The notes under the pieces: model-generated
What the model was told of the DNA's origin: nothing
What the model saw: the letters and a program-made list of their open reading frames with translations, nothing else
Database searches by the model: none
Program-made: the position numbers and the translations under genes
Origin: Antedon mediterranea
Taxonomy: Eukaryota > Animalia > Echinodermata
Length of the DNA stretch: 64,000 nucleotides
Direction: 5' to 3'
NCBI RefSeq assembly: GCF_964355755.1
Contig: NC_092674.1
Span: 2,976,001-3,040,000, forward strand
Shown here: one piece after another, positions 1 through 11,127 of the stretch
Layout of the letters: every line of letters starts with the position of its first letter
How positions within the stretch are numbered: the stretch's first letter is position 1

Positions 1-163
1 TCTTTTTGTGCAAACTATTGACATGAATGTGCTGCTTTCCACAGCATTTATCTGTCCAATGTAACATCAGAAATTTTCAATTAGATCAAGAAGCAGAGAC
101 CTTTTTAGATTTCTTTTGAAAATATCAGTGGTTTAGGAATCTAAAAGTTCCTATTTGTGGGTA

Positions 164-310
164 CAGTCAACTCTGCAAATACTGGACACCTTTGGACTGG
201 CCAAATATGTCTGGTTTTCTGGAAAGTCTGGGATTCGCAATGTGTTTCTAATGGTAAAAATGAATTTGGGACTGTTTAGATTTCAAGATATGTATGGTAT
301 TGGGGGAGTA
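164..310. mobile_element. Tc1/pogo-type MITE family 4 (degenerate)
   Basis: ta-cagtcaactct...ctggacacctttgg...ggaaagtctgg...gtattgggg; related copies at about 5801-5950 and 43395-43570 (the latter ends actg-ta). Confidence 0.55.
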
Positions 311-519
311 TGTTTGTTGATATATATAGGCAAATTGCCACGGATAACCATAAGCGAATCCATCACTACCCTTCTTAAAGGTGGCAATCCTGTTCACAAG
401 ACAAACATATACAAGATGCTCTACATAAACAAAGTCTTATTACTAGTCTTCGGGAGTGGAGTTGACTGTAATGATCCAATAATGCATGATCTCTGGAAAG
501 AGGCACTTAGACAACTTAC

Positions 520-630
520 AGACATCCATCTTTGCTTTTCTTCTGGTGTGCTCGCTGCTATGACAACCGGTTTATTGCTCCCCGTGATGGTGAAACAATT
601 TGTCATTTGACGATTCTGCTCATCTTCAAC
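520..630 (-). CDS. FARP1/FARP2: FARP exon 20 (PH1 end), 111 nt
   Basis: tttttag|VEDEQNRQMTNCFTITGSNKPVVIAASTPEEKQRWMS|gtaagt; phase 0-0; contains the PH-domain C-terminal Trp helix. Confidence 0.93.
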
Positions 631-1292
631 CTAAAAAGTTAAAAATATCATGCAATTTAAATATGATAAACCTTTTGTAAATTAAATTGTTTTATTCTTT
701 ATCATGCTGAATGAAATAATAATAAAAGATAATGAATTGAATGTAATCAATAAAATGAATGCATTATATTTATATATACATTTCTAAGTTCTAAGAAGGG
801 TCTTTACGCAGACAAGCTGTAACAGTAATAGAATCTGGTTTTTATTTATGACCATTTACACAAAACGTGTAGCGAACAGGTGGTTTGCACTCAAGATAAA
901 GACATTTCTAAGTTCTAAGAAGGGTCCAGTTATTAACAACTAAATAAATGTGTGAAGAATGAATGAATGAACACATTTAGGTACAAAAACTTTTTGCTTC
1001 TACAGACTTGTAATCCAAACATTAAAGCAACTATCGGACTATGGCTTTGTTCACACTGAGCAATCGATATGGTGGCTGGAGAAAACTCAAGGATGTTTTC
1101 AATCACACATATGTTTTGAGTGTGAACTAACACTAAACCCATTTTCCCATGATTTTTTTTATCTGGCCATCGGGCCGGAATCTAGACTCAGTGTGAGTTA
1201 TTCTTATTTTAAAACATTAAACTCATTTTTCCATGATTTTTTATCTGGCCATTGGGCCGGAATCCAGGTTGAGTGTGAATGCTTATAACTAC

Positions 1293-1451
1293 CTTAATTC
1301 CTTTGAGCGGTATTTGGCCGTGAACTTTAAACTGATTGGTGGGTGTGATTCCTTTACTGGAGTACATCAAGGTATCAGTAAACAAAAAGAACATTCTCTG
1401 TTGATATCCCTTCCGTGATAACTTGTGAAGGCATCCTTCTCGAAGAAATTC
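1293..1451 (-). CDS. FARP1/FARP2: FARP exon 19 (PH1), 159 nt
   Basis: tttcag|EFLREGCLHKLSRKGYQQRMFFLFTDTLMYSSKGITPTNQFKVHGQIPLKGIK|gtagtt; phase 0-0. Confidence 0.95.
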
Positions 1452-1808
1452 CTGAAATAAACACAAATTCTAAACTTTACTAATTTGTATTCAGTCAGGG
1501 GAAAATAGCAAAAGGCTTCCAACTTTCTATGAGTTTTATGTAGTTAAGTTAAGTTGTAGTTGACAACTCACTTTGTAACATGACAACAGCCATTTTCCCT
1601 TTAACTATATTTGTTTAGATATGGAAATATACTATGCTACACTAACAGCAAAATTTAAAAAAATCGTTGCCAAGGTGCATGGACTGATTAAGCGGTGTTG
1701 AACAACTAGCAAAAGCTTCAAAATAAGATTAATGTATTTATTACATTTTTTTCAGTGTATGCCGGACGCAAAATCCAGTTTCCTAAAACCGGCAGCGTAG
1801 TAACTTAC

Positions 1809-1939
1809 CCTTCCTGGCGCAACTAAGTTATCAATTCCAACAAGGTCTCGTCTAAGCTCTGTCAACTTCTGGAAATTTTCAATTCTTTGCATGTTTTCTT
1901 TAACATCTCCTGATAGCTCTGATATCTCTGCTAGTGCAG
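1809..1939 (-). CDS. FARP1/FARP2: FARP exon 18 (DH end / linker), 131 nt
   Basis: cacag|(A)ALAEISELSGDVKENMQRIENFQKLTELRRDLVGIDNLVAPGR|gtaagt; phase 1-0. Confidence 0.95.
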
Positions 1940-2436
1940 CTGTGTAGCAAAGCACAGACATATACATAAATCTATAAAGTCTACACTATCAAACTTGTTT
2001 GACAAAAAAGTGTGATGTGCCCAAATATGGTAGTGATATGATTTCATCGTTTCCATACATAGGCGCATTTTGTTGTCACATAAAGTGTGATAGTGTAAAT
2101 CAAATTGATACACTTTCAAATTGATAATTCAGAATCAGATTGGAGAGATTCATAAAATGTAAACAGGATTTTATTTGGATACCATCAATAAAAAAACCAC
2201 ATATATGCAATCAAGCATACAGTTTACAAGAACAAGCACAGACAATCCCCTAACGCCTGTGGGTGATGTTTCACTTGACTCCTTGGTTATGAATATTGAT
2301 TTTTTTTAGACCAGATGCCTGGATATGACTCTTCTTTAAAACTTTCAAAATCATTGAATGTTACTGTTTGTTACTAATACTCTTCTGTTTTTTTCTTCAA
2401 TAAATAAAATGTAAATTAATACAAAATCATAGTTAC

Positions 2437-2487
2437 CTTTGCAGTCCTTGAAATCTGGGTGATTCTGGGGATAATGTTTCACAAGCC
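2437..2487 (-). CDS. FARP1/FARP2: FARP exon 17 (DH), 51 nt
   Basis: tttag|(R)LVKHYPQNHPDFKDCK(A)|gtaact; phase 1-1. Confidence 0.94.
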
Positions 2488-2785
2488 CTAAACAATAAGA
2501 AGTATATATATCATTAAATATAAATCAAAAGGCAAATTACTGTGACTGGATCTCAATGAAGATATAAAGTATAATATATAATATAAATATACACAATGGA
2601 AATAAAATAAGCAGAAAGCTAAAATGATAAAGTAAAAAGGCCAGGAAGAAATTACAAACCTATTGGGCAACATTAGCCATTCCTCAGTTTGAAGAACCTT
2701 TATATTGAATATAAAGTTATTACATCTAATATAACCTTCAGACACATGTTTGATTAGATGGACCAACTGACAAACTGACACTTAC

Positions 2786-2972
2786 GTTCTAGTATCACTC
2801 TGTAATGTAGTAACCTTTGAACCGGTTTCAGCAGGAATGTGTTGAACGGCAGATAACATACTTTCTGTAGTTCAAAATCCTTGTAGAAATGTTCAAACTT
2901 CTTGTTCTTCTTTGTAGCGACCTCTAGTTCCGTAATGACCTGTTCAATCTTCTCTATGTAGCTTGTGTATAA
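2786..2972 (-). CDS. FARP1/FARP2: FARP exon 16 (DH), 187 nt
   Basis: aacag|LYTSYIEKIEQ...DFELQKVCYLPFNTFLLKPVQRLLHYRVILE(R)|gtaagt; phase 0-1. Confidence 0.95.
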
Positions 2973-3851
2973 CTGTTTAAACATAGACAAAAAGAGAATA
3001 AATAAAAAATATATATATTTCGTGAGGTAATTTCCCAAAAGATCGTAATCAAAACGGTACTGGGTTTGGTCTACTAGTGTTCCTGCTTCCAACTAGTCAT
3101 CCATTCATAAAAGCATTTAAACATAGACAAAAAGAGCATAAATATATATTTCTAATGACAATGTTTTTGTAGTTTAAAAGCCTGTTAGTTCCCCTTTTAC
3201 ATCAACTAGAAAAACTCCGGAGGTCACACACAAACAGGGGCACATACCACATACTATGACAAGATAAATACACAGTACATTTTTCATACAGAAAATTAGA
3301 AAAGTTTTCATTTTAGAACTAAAGGATAAACACTTGAATCTTTAACAAAAATAACATTTTCACAAATCCACTCAAATGACATCAATCAAATTCATACGAT
3401 AGCATGATTATATTGTTTTTATCATGTCATGTCATGTCATGTCATTTTATTGGACTTTTTACATGCAAGACAATATAAGTGGTTTCCCTATAAAAAAAAT
3501 ATTTACATTATTTTTCATATAGAATGAAAACTTGTTGAGTAAATATAGGTATTTATCTATTTATTATCGATCGTTATTGTCAATTTAAAAATGTAAACCC
3601 AATAAGAAATAATTTAAAACCTTCTTTTAATATCCATAATTAATAATAGGAAACAATTTCAGAATTATATATTTGTCTTCTAAATGATAATTATAGAGAG
3701 ATAATAACTTTGCAACGTTATTAAAAGCAATAAAAACTATTTTAAGAACATGATTACGTCAACCGTGATAAATTTAAAATTTACATTACTGCTTAAAATT
3801 CAGGTGTTTTTAAATGATTGATGTAAAAAAGGGTAATAAAGCATGACTCAC

Positions 3852-3933
3852 CTTCAGATTTTGAATGTTTTTCAACATAACATCACCGATTCGTTGATAA
3901 TTTCCTTTGAGATGGGCATTTGATCTTCCCTCC
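3852..3933 (-). CDS. FARP1/FARP2: FARP exon 15 (DH), 82 nt
   Basis: ttaaag|(W)EGRSNAHLKGNYQRIGDVMLKNIQNLK|gtgagt; phase 2-0; uses an AAG acceptor. Confidence 0.95.
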
Positions 3934-4492
3934 CTTTAATCAAACATTTAAATGATTGTAAGGTAATACAATTTTGACACTTTTGATTTATAGATCACAT
4001 TATTGGATAGATTCAATTTCTTGTCTCATAATATTACATACATGAAATTTGTTTTCCTGAGCTTAGAAACATAATACAATAATAATAATAATACCCAAAC
4101 AATACAATTTTAAAACACAATATAAAAACATAACACCTTAACTAATTATCTCTTGAGAAATGTACATTATATAGATGACAAGCATATGTAATATTACATT
4201 ATAATGTTAAATTGTAGATTGTGTATAATGCTGGAATATTATTTCATAGCTAGTATTTATAAGTTGTTCATAGTGGGTGTATTCATTCATTTCTTATCCA
4301 TACAAAAAGAGAGAGAGAAAAAAGTTTTTTTATGTTAAATTGTAGATTGAGCATAATGCTGTATTATTATTTCACAGCTGGTATTTCAGATGTGAGTAGT
4401 GTTGTTCATAGTAGGTATATTCATTAATTTATATATATATATATCCATAGAAAAAGAAAGGAAAACAATTCTATATACACAACCAAAATAAA

Positions 4493-5487
4493 TGTATTCT
4501 GAGAGGTATCAGAACATCATATATGATCCAGAATAAATGGTATTGATAGTTATGAACTAGTATATATTGTACATGCGAGTCATGATTTAATGATAACAAT
4601 GATTGTATTCTGAGAGGTATCAGAACATCATATATGATCCAGAATAAATGGTATTGATAGTTATGAACTAGTATATATTGTACATGCGAGTCATGATTTA
4701 ATGATAACAATGATTGTATTCTGAGAGGTATCAGAACATCATATATGATCCAGAATAAATGGTATTGATAGTTATGAACTAGTATATTGTACATGCGAGT
4801 CATGATTTAATGATAACAATGATTGTATTCTGAGAGGTATCAGAACATCACATATGATCCAGAATAAATGGTATTAATAGTTATGAACTAGTATATTGTA
4901 CATGCGAGTCATGATTTAATGATAACAATGATTGTATTCTGAGAGGTATCAGAACATCATATATGATCCAGAATAAATGGTATTGATAGTTATGAACTAG
5001 TATATTGTACATGCGAGTCATGATTTAATGATAACAATGATTGTATTCTGAGAGGTATCAGAACATCATATATGATCCAGAATAAATGGTATTGATAGTT
5101 ATGAACTAGTATATATTGTACATGCGAGTCATGATTTAATGATAACAATGATTGTATTCTGAGAGGTATCAGAACATCATATATGATCCAGAATAAATGG
5201 TATTGATAGTTATGAACTAGTATATATTGTACATGCGAGTCATGATTTAATGATAACAATGATTGTATTCTGAGAGGTATCAGAACATCATATATGATCC
5301 AGAATAAATGGTATTGATAGTTATGAACTAGTATATATTGTACATGCGAGTCATGATTTAATGATAACAATGATTGTATTCTGAGAGGTATCAGAACATC
5401 ATATATGATCCAGAATAAATGGTATTGATAGTTATGAACTAGTATATATTGTACATGCGAGTCATGATTTAATGATAACAATGATTG
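4493..5487. repeat. Tandem repeat, about 9 near-identical units of 109/111 bp
   Basis: Unit tgtattctgagaggtatcagaacatc...gatttaatgataacaatgat; units differ mainly by one TA dinucleotide. Confidence 0.97.
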
Positions 5488-5558
5488 TGATGATATTAAT
5501 AATGATTATGACGACTAATAGAACACAATGATAATAATATTGATGTTACTGATTATAA

Positions 5559-5725
5559 AGCTCTGTCTACACTATCAAATTTTATGTGACAAAAAATGAA
5601 TGTGATGTGACCATATATGGACATGATGATGATGTCATATCACTACCATATTTGAGCATATCACTACCATATTTGGGCACATCAAACTTTTTTTACACAT
5701 AAAGTTTTAAAGTGTAGACAGAGCT
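5559..5725. mobile_element. Harbinger/Tourist-type MITE family 1 (representative copy)
   Basis: TIR agctctgtctacactatcaaa...agtgtagacagagct with TAA TSD. Other copies at about 1976-2098, 12724-12885, 14750-14888, 22376-22515, 23048-23226, 24139-24339, 26617-26676, 31360-31491, 33550-33700, 35329-35370, 42092-42220, 54394-54516, 55370-55490 and 56077-56210. Confidence 0.85.
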
Positions 5726-6003
5726 TAAGATGATGAAGATCGTAGCAATGATGATATACATGTAAAAATATAAATAATGTTGCCAATGATAATAATATTA
5801 TAGTCAACTTTCCCAATACTGGACACCTTTGGGTTTACCAAATATGTTTTCCGGAAAATCTGGTACTGGGAATTTGTTTTTAATGGTAAAAAAGAATATG
5901 GTATTTTTTAGAAAGTCTGGTAATGTATTGGGAGAGTTTCCAGTATTGACAATAATTAACAATAAGGAAGATTATAACAAGTTGAAAAGTGTTGTCTCCT
6001 TAC

Positions 6004-6134
6004 CATGTGGCTAATCTTTGTTCAACCTCCTTGAGGAACTTACAATGGAACTCATAGATTGGATCAAGATTATTAAACAACACGTCAAGTATTTCAGGTA
6101 AGTTGCTTTCATTTGTCACAGCTTTCCTGAACCA
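6004..6134 (-). CDS. FARP1/FARP2: FARP exon 14 (DH), 131 nt
   Basis: aacag|WFRKAVTNESNLPEILDVLFNNLDPIYEFHCKFLKEVEQRLAT(W)|gtaagg; phase 0-2. Confidence 0.95.
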
Positions 6135-6664
6135 CTGTTGAGATAAAACAATAGGGACAACGTCAAATTTTTCTACTGCAGTTACTGCAGTAACTACATT
6201 TTGTTTGTTCTATAACCTGTTTATTCCTTTTTGTGTATAATATTTTCAGAATTATTATATTCTTTTTCGATTGTTTTTTTGCAAGAAAAGACAACAACAC
6301 ACCGTGACTACCTCATAATCTTTAAGATTGAAACAACAACATCATACATTATTGAAGTAAAATTTATTGTTGCTGAAAATAAAACTGAAAAAATTACTGA
6401 AATCAATCAATCAGTTAAATATTATTTTTTCTTTATTGTTCAACATTTTAGTAACATATCTTTTAGCAAGTGTTAATAAGCTTGGCGAGATTAAGGTACT
6501 AAAATGTGGAGCATTGACTTTTTGCATTACAACAAACAAACTTTCAAAAGAGTTGTGTGAATAAGATAAGGAATTAGACTTGGATCTCCTCCAAGTTTAA
6601 AATTAATCATTGAAGTACGGATAACATCAGAAAAAGGAAGAACCCTTCAATTGAAACGACAGCT

Positions 6665-6882
6665 AAATACACATCACAGACACACAACATGAATACTAAA
6701 CCGGTGATATACTGAAAATTAATTAATTTGAAAGGATAAAGATCTGTGAGAATGAGAAAAAGTCTCCCAAATCGAGATTTGAACCCAGGAATCTTCTGCT
6801 TGATATGCAGATGTCCTAACCATTAGACCACCAGGGCTTTCATTGTATTGTTCAAATTTGATTGGATAGTGACTCTTTAACA
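6665..6882 (-). mobile_element. Diverged copy of the tRNA(ATC)-carrying repeat
   Basis: Reverse complement reads ttaaagagtcactatcc...gaaagccctggtggtctaatggttaggacatctgcatatcaagcag...ggttcaaatctcg...gactttttctcattctcacagat; tRNA part at 6764-6837. Confidence 0.75.
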
Positions 6883-6914
6883 CAGATTAATACAAAGATA
6901 TTGTGTAGTGTAGT

Positions 6915-7401
6915 ATTTTGTACTGTTAGTGTTAGTTAGTGTGTAAGTGGATTTGATTGGATAGTGACTCTTTAACACAGATTAATACAAAGATATTGTG
7001 TAGTATTTTGTACTGTTAGTGTTAGTTAGTGTGTAAGTGGATTTGTACTGTTAGTGTTAGTTAGTGTGTAAGTGGATTGTGTAGTGCTTTGTACTGTTAG
7101 TGTTAGTTAGCGTGTAAGTGGATTTGTACTGTTAGTGTTAGTTAGTGTGTAAGTGGATTTGTACTGTTAGTGTTAGTTAGTGTGTAAGTGGATTTGTACT
7201 GTTAGTGTTAGTTAGTGTGTAAGTGGATTTGTACTGTTAGTAGTGTTAGTGTGTAAGTGGATTTGTACTGTTAGTGTTAGTTAGTGTGTAAGTGGATTTG
7301 TACTGTTAGTGTTAGTTAGTGTGTAAGTGGATTTGTACTGTTAGTGTTAGTGTGTAAGTGGATTTGTACTGTTAGTGTTAGTTAGTGTGTAAATGGATTT
7401 G
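6915..7401. repeat. 35-bp minisatellite
   Basis: Unit ttgtactgttagtgttagttagtgtgtaagtggat, roughly a dozen copies. Confidence 0.95.
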
Positions 7402-8163
7402 TTTATACTGTAGTACTGTATTATAAAAGACATCAATGTCTTTCCTTCAATTTAACAAATTGATTTAATAAATATTGAACACAGTTTTTTTATATTTGTT
7501 ATAGAGTTTCCTTTTTGTAATTTACTGTAAATGTTTTTGACATTATCATTAAGATCGTTGTTATAAAATTATTTCATTATAAACTCTCTCTAAGAGAATG
7601 AGAAACTGAGATACTGGTATATACAAAATTGAAACAGTAGCATTTAATACTATTTCACAAGCCTTATTATTGTAGCATTTTGAATCCACTAATACCCATT
7701 CACATTTGTCAGACTTCCTGCAATTATAATCATTTCAATATGAAACAGCAGCAGCAGGCATGTACAGTAATCTTCAACAATCTCATTATTTTACAATTGT
7801 AAATACAATATGTCGTCTCTCTTGAGTGTGCATCATTTTAAATCTCGTTAGATTAAATCAATAATATGTGACGTACAACACAAAACAGGTTGTTACATAA
7901 GTTTATGTTATAGTGTTCAATCTTTACCAGATTGTTGGTATTGTATCTATCATTCTTGCAGTATCATAGGCAAATTGTTAAATACAGTGTCACATGTATA
8001 TCACATGTGATTTCTGTATAATAGGCTATAAGCCTAACCTTAGCTCAATACAGTATCACATATGATTCCTGTATATGGGTCATAATAATAATAATCCTTA
8101 ACTTAATACATATGTTACATGTTATACATATGTGACACTGTTTTTAGGGCATATTCTACTTAC

Positions 8164-8253
8164 AACGACAATAACTTCAATATCTTTTAAGTATGTTCTC
8201 TCTGTTGTTAGGATTTCCTTAGCAATGAAGTACGCTCTATCGGGCGGATGTCG
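8164..8253 (-). CDS. FARP1/FARP2: FARP exon 13 (DH start), 90 nt
   Basis: ttgcag|RHPPDRAYFIAKEILTTERTYLKDIEVIVV|gtaagt; phase 0-0. Confidence 0.96.
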
Positions 8254-8859
8254 CTGCAACACAAAGAAATCAAGAAAAAATTTTTATAATTTACTTGATG
8301 GATATGATAAAGAAATTACAACTAAAAATAAATATGACTAAAAAGCCTACAAAAACCTTTTAAAAAAGATAAATTAAATGTACATTTTCTATGTATAATT
8401 TTAATGCTTTTTACCATCTTATCAAATGATATTTTTTACAATATATTGAAATTCATATTTTATAAATCCTGTTAAAAATTCTAGCTGTTTGTAATCACGT
8501 ACCTTTTATTGAAAATGACTAAAAGCATTTATAATTTTCATTTCAAAAACATTAAAAAACAAAAACAAAAAACACTTTGGTAATATTGAAAAGTTTAAAA
8601 TGCTAAACTTCATTCTTTGTAATCATGAAAAAAAGCATCTGAAGGAATTTAAAATTACAAAATATTAATACATTTGAAAAGAAAAATGTAATTCACACTG
8701 AATTACTTATTGCATAATATGTAAGGGGACACCTCAATTAAAGGAGAACTTTACAGAAAAATGGCTATATATGTTTTAATGTTACAGCCAACCTTTATTC
8801 ATGGGATATCCCTAGTTAGGGGAAACCTCCATTAAAAAGAAACTTGCTAAAGTTTTCAC

Positions 8860-9028
8860 CGTAGTGGTAACGGTAATAAAAATATAGAATCTATGTTATT
8901 TATTTTGACTATTTACACACAATGCAGAGCGGGTGGTTTCCAATCAGGATAGATACAGACTCTACGTGTGACAAGCTACGCAGTTTTTCCGCTTACCGTT
9001 ACCGCTCGTCTGTGTAAATTGGCCTTTA
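8860..9028. mobile_element. MITE family 3 fragment
   Basis: gtaataaaaatatagaatctatgttatt...ttaccgttaccgctcgtctgtgtaaattggccttta; related pieces at about 35693-35765 and 803-901. Confidence 0.55.
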
Positions 9029-9097
9029 TATGGGTGTACTGTACATTTTAAAATCTTAATTGTTGTTTCAAAGCAAAGACAATTGTGAATCACTAAC

Positions 9098-9219
9098 CTT
9101 CCTTCTGACAGTTTCTTCTTCTGGTGGTGGATTGGCCACTGGTTCCTCTTGAATGATGGCAGTTGTCTTGACAACTGGTGAGGGTGGTGTTGCAATATTT
9201 ATGTAATGTTTTGAGCTGC
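9098..9219 (-). CDS. FARP1/FARP2: FARP exon 12 (pre-DH linker), 122 nt
   Basis: tttttag|..SSKHYINIATPPSPVVKTTAIIQEEPVANPPPEEETVRRK|gttagt; phase 1-0, runs into RHPPDRAYF of the next exon. Confidence 0.82.
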
Positions 9220-9306
9220 CTAAAAAGAAAAATATTCTGGTTAGTCAAATTGTTTCACTTTCACTGAAGCATTTGTTGGGAGACATTTACACCAATAAAT
9301 GTCCGT

Positions 9307-9461
9307 GTGAACTGGACTGAAGATGGTCACAAACAGCAACGGAAGTCAGTGTGAACAACTGGAATTGAAGATGGTCACAAACAGCAACGGACGTCAGTGT
9401 GAACTGGAATTGAAGATGGTCACAAACAGCAACGGACGTCAGTGTCAACTGGAATTGAAGA
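9307..9461. repeat. About 45-bp tandem repeat, 3+ copies
   Basis: Unit gaactggaattgaagatggtcacaaacagcaacggacgtcagtgt. Confidence 0.9.
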
Positions 9462-10761
9462 CAGGAAGCGGTGTGGAAGTTTTTCGTCGTACTTCTCTAA
9501 GATTGATGCAACAGCAAGCCACGATTTGGATATTGTGAATGGTTCCTTCCATTTTACCAGTTTTAAAACTGATCTTTGACCTATTAGGGCGAGTATTACA
9601 CAACCAAATAGTCTTTTTTAATAGGATAATTTGACAGATAAATATTTATAAGAATTTATTATACATCTGCATACAGTGTACTAACTGGAATATTTGTTGG
9701 TAGTTTTCAATAATTTTTCTAACTTTTTACCTTTTTCTATTAAAGTATCTATTATTTGGCTTTTTTGCTCTCACTGTTAATAGATCTGTTTGAAGATTTG
9801 CAATCTGCTTATTTTGAGTGTGTATTTCCAGTGCGAAGATTAACAATCCATAAAACATACACCAGGTGTTGTAGGATAATGCATGTATGATACTGCCAAA
9901 TGCAGACAAAAATATAAATGGGTTTGAGATGTTGTTAAGGTATAAATGTCAATTGTGTAGCCAACTTGTATTAACTGCTACTACAAACTTTACAGATGTA
10001 TATTGTGTTGTCAAGGTATAAATGTCAAACTGCGTAGTCAACTTGTATTAACTGCTACTACAAACCGTACAGATGCATATTGTGTTGTTAAGGTATAAAT
10101 GTCAAATTGTACATGTAATCATGTGTATACACATTTATGATGCATTTTATGTTTTTTTCTTTTTTTAAACAAAATTACTTGAAAGAGAGTTGAAGCATAT
10201 ACCATAGTAAATATATCTTAGAATTGTATGATATATCAATGTAGTGTGACTATACGCCCAATACCCTCTTGTGGGACATTCCTACAACCAGGGGACACCT
10301 CTATTGAAGGGGACATCCCTATTCAGGGGACATTCTCATTCAGGGGACATCCCTATTCAAGGAGACTTCCCTATTAAAGAGAAAATCTTTGGGTCCCAAC
10401 GGTGTCTCATGTTTCTACTGTATTCAATGTTAGAAGATGGATTTGTAACCATTAACATACAAAAAAAAAAGAAAAAAGTGTAAATAATGAAGTAGTTACT
10501 GTGAGGTTAAAGAAGAACGTGAAATTGTAAAGTTAAATGAAAAACAACAATTAAACCCATGCAACTTTCCAATATTTTTAATATTCACGATGAATGTAAA
10601 TACATTATAGATGCACTAATTATAAACATTCTACTTTTCACAAAATAAAATAAACAAAAATAAAAAGAATATTAGAAACTTTCAGATAAATTGATGGGAT
10701 TATCACTAGAAAATGTGGACTACATAGTGTGTATTGGCACTCATTAGAAGAGGAGCGGTTA

Positions 10762-11127
10762 AATAATCATACAATGTAGCACACTGAATAATCATACAGT
10801 GTAGCACACTGAATAATCATACAATGTAGCACACTGAATAATCATACAATGTAGCACACTGAATAATCATACAGTGTAGCACACTGAATAATCATACAGT
10901 GTAGCACACTGAATAATCATACAGTGTAGCACACTGAATAATCATACAATGTAGCACACTGAATAATCATACAATGTAGCACACTGAATAATCATACAAT
11001 GTAGCACACTGAATAATCATACAGTGTAGCACACTGAATAATCATACAGTGTAGCACACTGAATAATCATACAGTGTAGCACACTGAATAATCATACAAT
11101 GTAGCACACTGAATAATCATACAGTGT
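10762..11127. repeat. 25-bp minisatellite, about 14.5 copies
   Basis: Unit aataatcatacaRtgtagcacactg. Confidence 0.97.

Noticed and set aside
155-610. 151-aa plus-strand ORF
   Set aside because: Runs through a MITE, a SINE fragment and the antisense of exon 20; starts at a non-ATG codon.
4471-5481. Repetitive 110-aa and 163-aa ORFs on the minus strand
   Set aside because: By-products of a 111-bp tandem unit; broken by the 109-bp variants, with no splice or homology support.
6915-7401. ttagtg/ttag-rich array as interstitial telomeric repeat
   Set aside because: The unit is 35 bp and lacks TTAGGG or TTAGG runs.
4493-11127. Regular arrays as possible CRISPR loci
   Set aside because: Units are head-to-tail with no unique spacers, there are no cas genes, and the context is a eukaryotic intron.
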